Made by a program: the position numbers and the translations under genes. A DNA stretch of 37,692 nucleotides from Salinivirgaceae bacterium (GTDB taxonomy: Bacteria; Bacteroidota; Bacteroidia; Bacteroidales; SZUA-534). Each line of letters starts with the position of its first letter. The first letter of the stretch is position 1. The notes under the pieces were generated by a model, which saw only the letters and a list, made by a program, of their open reading frames with translations, had not been told where the DNA came from and ran no database searches. Shown here piece after piece: positions 36,743 to 37,692 of this stretch. The stretch lies in assembly GCA_024405635.1 (NCBI GenBank), contig JAKSOL010000026.1, positions 1 through 37,692 of the forward strand, given 5' to 3'.

Positions 36743-37534
36743 ATGAGATTCAAACTCAAATTACAACTTGAGCCACAAGTAAGTGGCCGTGAGATTCCGA
36801 TCAATTACCAGTACGAACTGTCATCGGTTATCTATAAGATTATTGCTAATGGAGACGAACAGTACTCCCGAATGCTTCACGAAGATGGCTTCACATCTAC
36901 TACAAAGCATTTCAAACTATTTACATTCTCCAACCTAATCGCACCGTATCGTGGAATCGAATTCAAGAAAGGCACCGACCGTCTGGTCATCAAGTCCAAT
37001 ACTCTCGAATGGTATTTGGGATTTGTACCTGAAGAAAGTACCCAGCGCTTTGTTCAAGGTGTGTTCGTCGACCAGCGTTTCCGTTTGGCCGACAACGTGA
37101 GCGGAGCATGGTTCAAGATATGCGAAGTTCAGTTATTGCCAGGAGTTGATTGGACTCCAGATGTCGAGTTCGAGACCATATCACCAATAAGTGTATCAAA
37201 GCATGTAGAAGGCAAAAAACATGCTGTTTATATCGGTCCCGACGATGAAGCATACGAAAAAGCCCTTCTCACCGGACTCGTTGACCGCTACAGAGCCATC
37301 AACGGCCGTGACTACGAAGGAGAAAAATATTGTCGTCTGACTGTAACAAACGAGCCAAAGTCGGCACTAATAACAATAAAGGCCGGCACCCAAGACGAAA
37401 CCCGTGTCCGTGGCTTCCGTTACCGCTTCAAGATAGCCCTCCCGCAAGAGCTAATGGAGATAGCCTACGAGTGCGGATTGGGAGAAAGAGGCAGCATGGG
37501 GTTTGGAATGATAAAAGAAAGAAAGGAGAAATAA
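36743..37534 (+). CDS. cas6: CRISPR-associated endoribonuclease Cas6
   Basis: IPINYQY, LHEDGF, FKLFTFS, ETISPI, Gly-rich loop ECGLGERGSMGFG. Confidence 0.93.
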   Translation: MRFKLKLQLEPQVSGREIPINYQYELSSVIYKIIANGDEQYSRMLHEDGFTSTTKHFKLFTFSNLIAPYRGIEFKKGTDRLVIKSNTLEWYLGFVPEESTQRFVQGVFVDQRFRLADNVSGAWFKICEVQLLPGVDWTPDVEFETISPISVSKHVEGKKHAVYIGPDDEAYEKALLTGLVDRYRAINGRDYEGEKYCRLTVTNEPKSALITIKAGTQDETRVRGFRYRFKIALPQELMEIAYECGLGERGSMGFGMIKERKEK

Positions 37535-37538
37535 ATAT

Positions 37539-37692
37539 ATGGACATTTCTATTTTAGGGAAAGAACCGATACTGGACAAGATGGCGGTGTTAACAATAAC
37601 TCCGCTTGCACCATTGTCTATGGTGGCAGAGATGCCAGGTTCGTATTATAAAACACTAAGCAAGCCAAGCAAGAAAATGCTTTGCGGCTTGT
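37539..37692 (+). CDS. cas5: Cas5-family protein, probably Bacteroidota type I (I-PGING-like), 3'-truncated
   Basis: Not in the ORF track: MDISILGKEPILDKMAVLTITPLAPLSMVAEMPGSYYKTLSKPSKKMLCGL; Cas5-like T...PS...L.GL motif, 4 nt after cas6. Confidence 0.7.
   Translation, partial: MDISILGKEPILDKMAVLTITPLAPLSMVAEMPGSYYKTLSKPSKKMLCGL

Overview
A 37.7-kb window from a Bacteroidota (Bacteroidales-like) chromosome, inferred from SusC/SusD, T9SS-type C-termini and TAnnTTTG promoter boxes. In order: (1) 3' end of a type I R-M methyltransferase gene, a sugar-phosphate nucleotidyltransferase and an ECF sigma/FecR pair; (2) a xylan-utilisation locus with two tandem GH10-Ig-CBM6 xylanases and SusC/SusD; (3) a Na+-translocating methylmalonyl-CoA-type decarboxylase operon behind a canonical sigma-54 promoter, then a lipid kinase and a GH3 beta-xylosidase; (4) a ~4.7-kb virus-like island (22573-27240); (5) housekeeping genes recR, DUF2520, kdsC, UbiA-family, maf, MFS, then DUF4186, a secreted protein and DUF4867; (6) an AAA+/DUF4143 ATPase between 75-bp direct repeats, and a WYL regulator-cas6-cas5 operon running off the end. 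No CRISPR array proper, tRNA or rRNA is visible. The best candidate for a new system is the island. It encodes a transglutaminase-like Cys-His-Asp protein whose modules are separated by Gly-rich motifs matching the adenovirus-protease cleavage consensus. One motif precedes a membrane-active-looking amphipathic helix, and the co-transcribed small membrane protein carries the same motifs. A Xis-like HTH gene faces a 10-bp-period repeat array, and a RelE toxin-antitoxin pair sits between 55-bp direct repeats. Family assignments come from motif recognition by eye, not from database searches.
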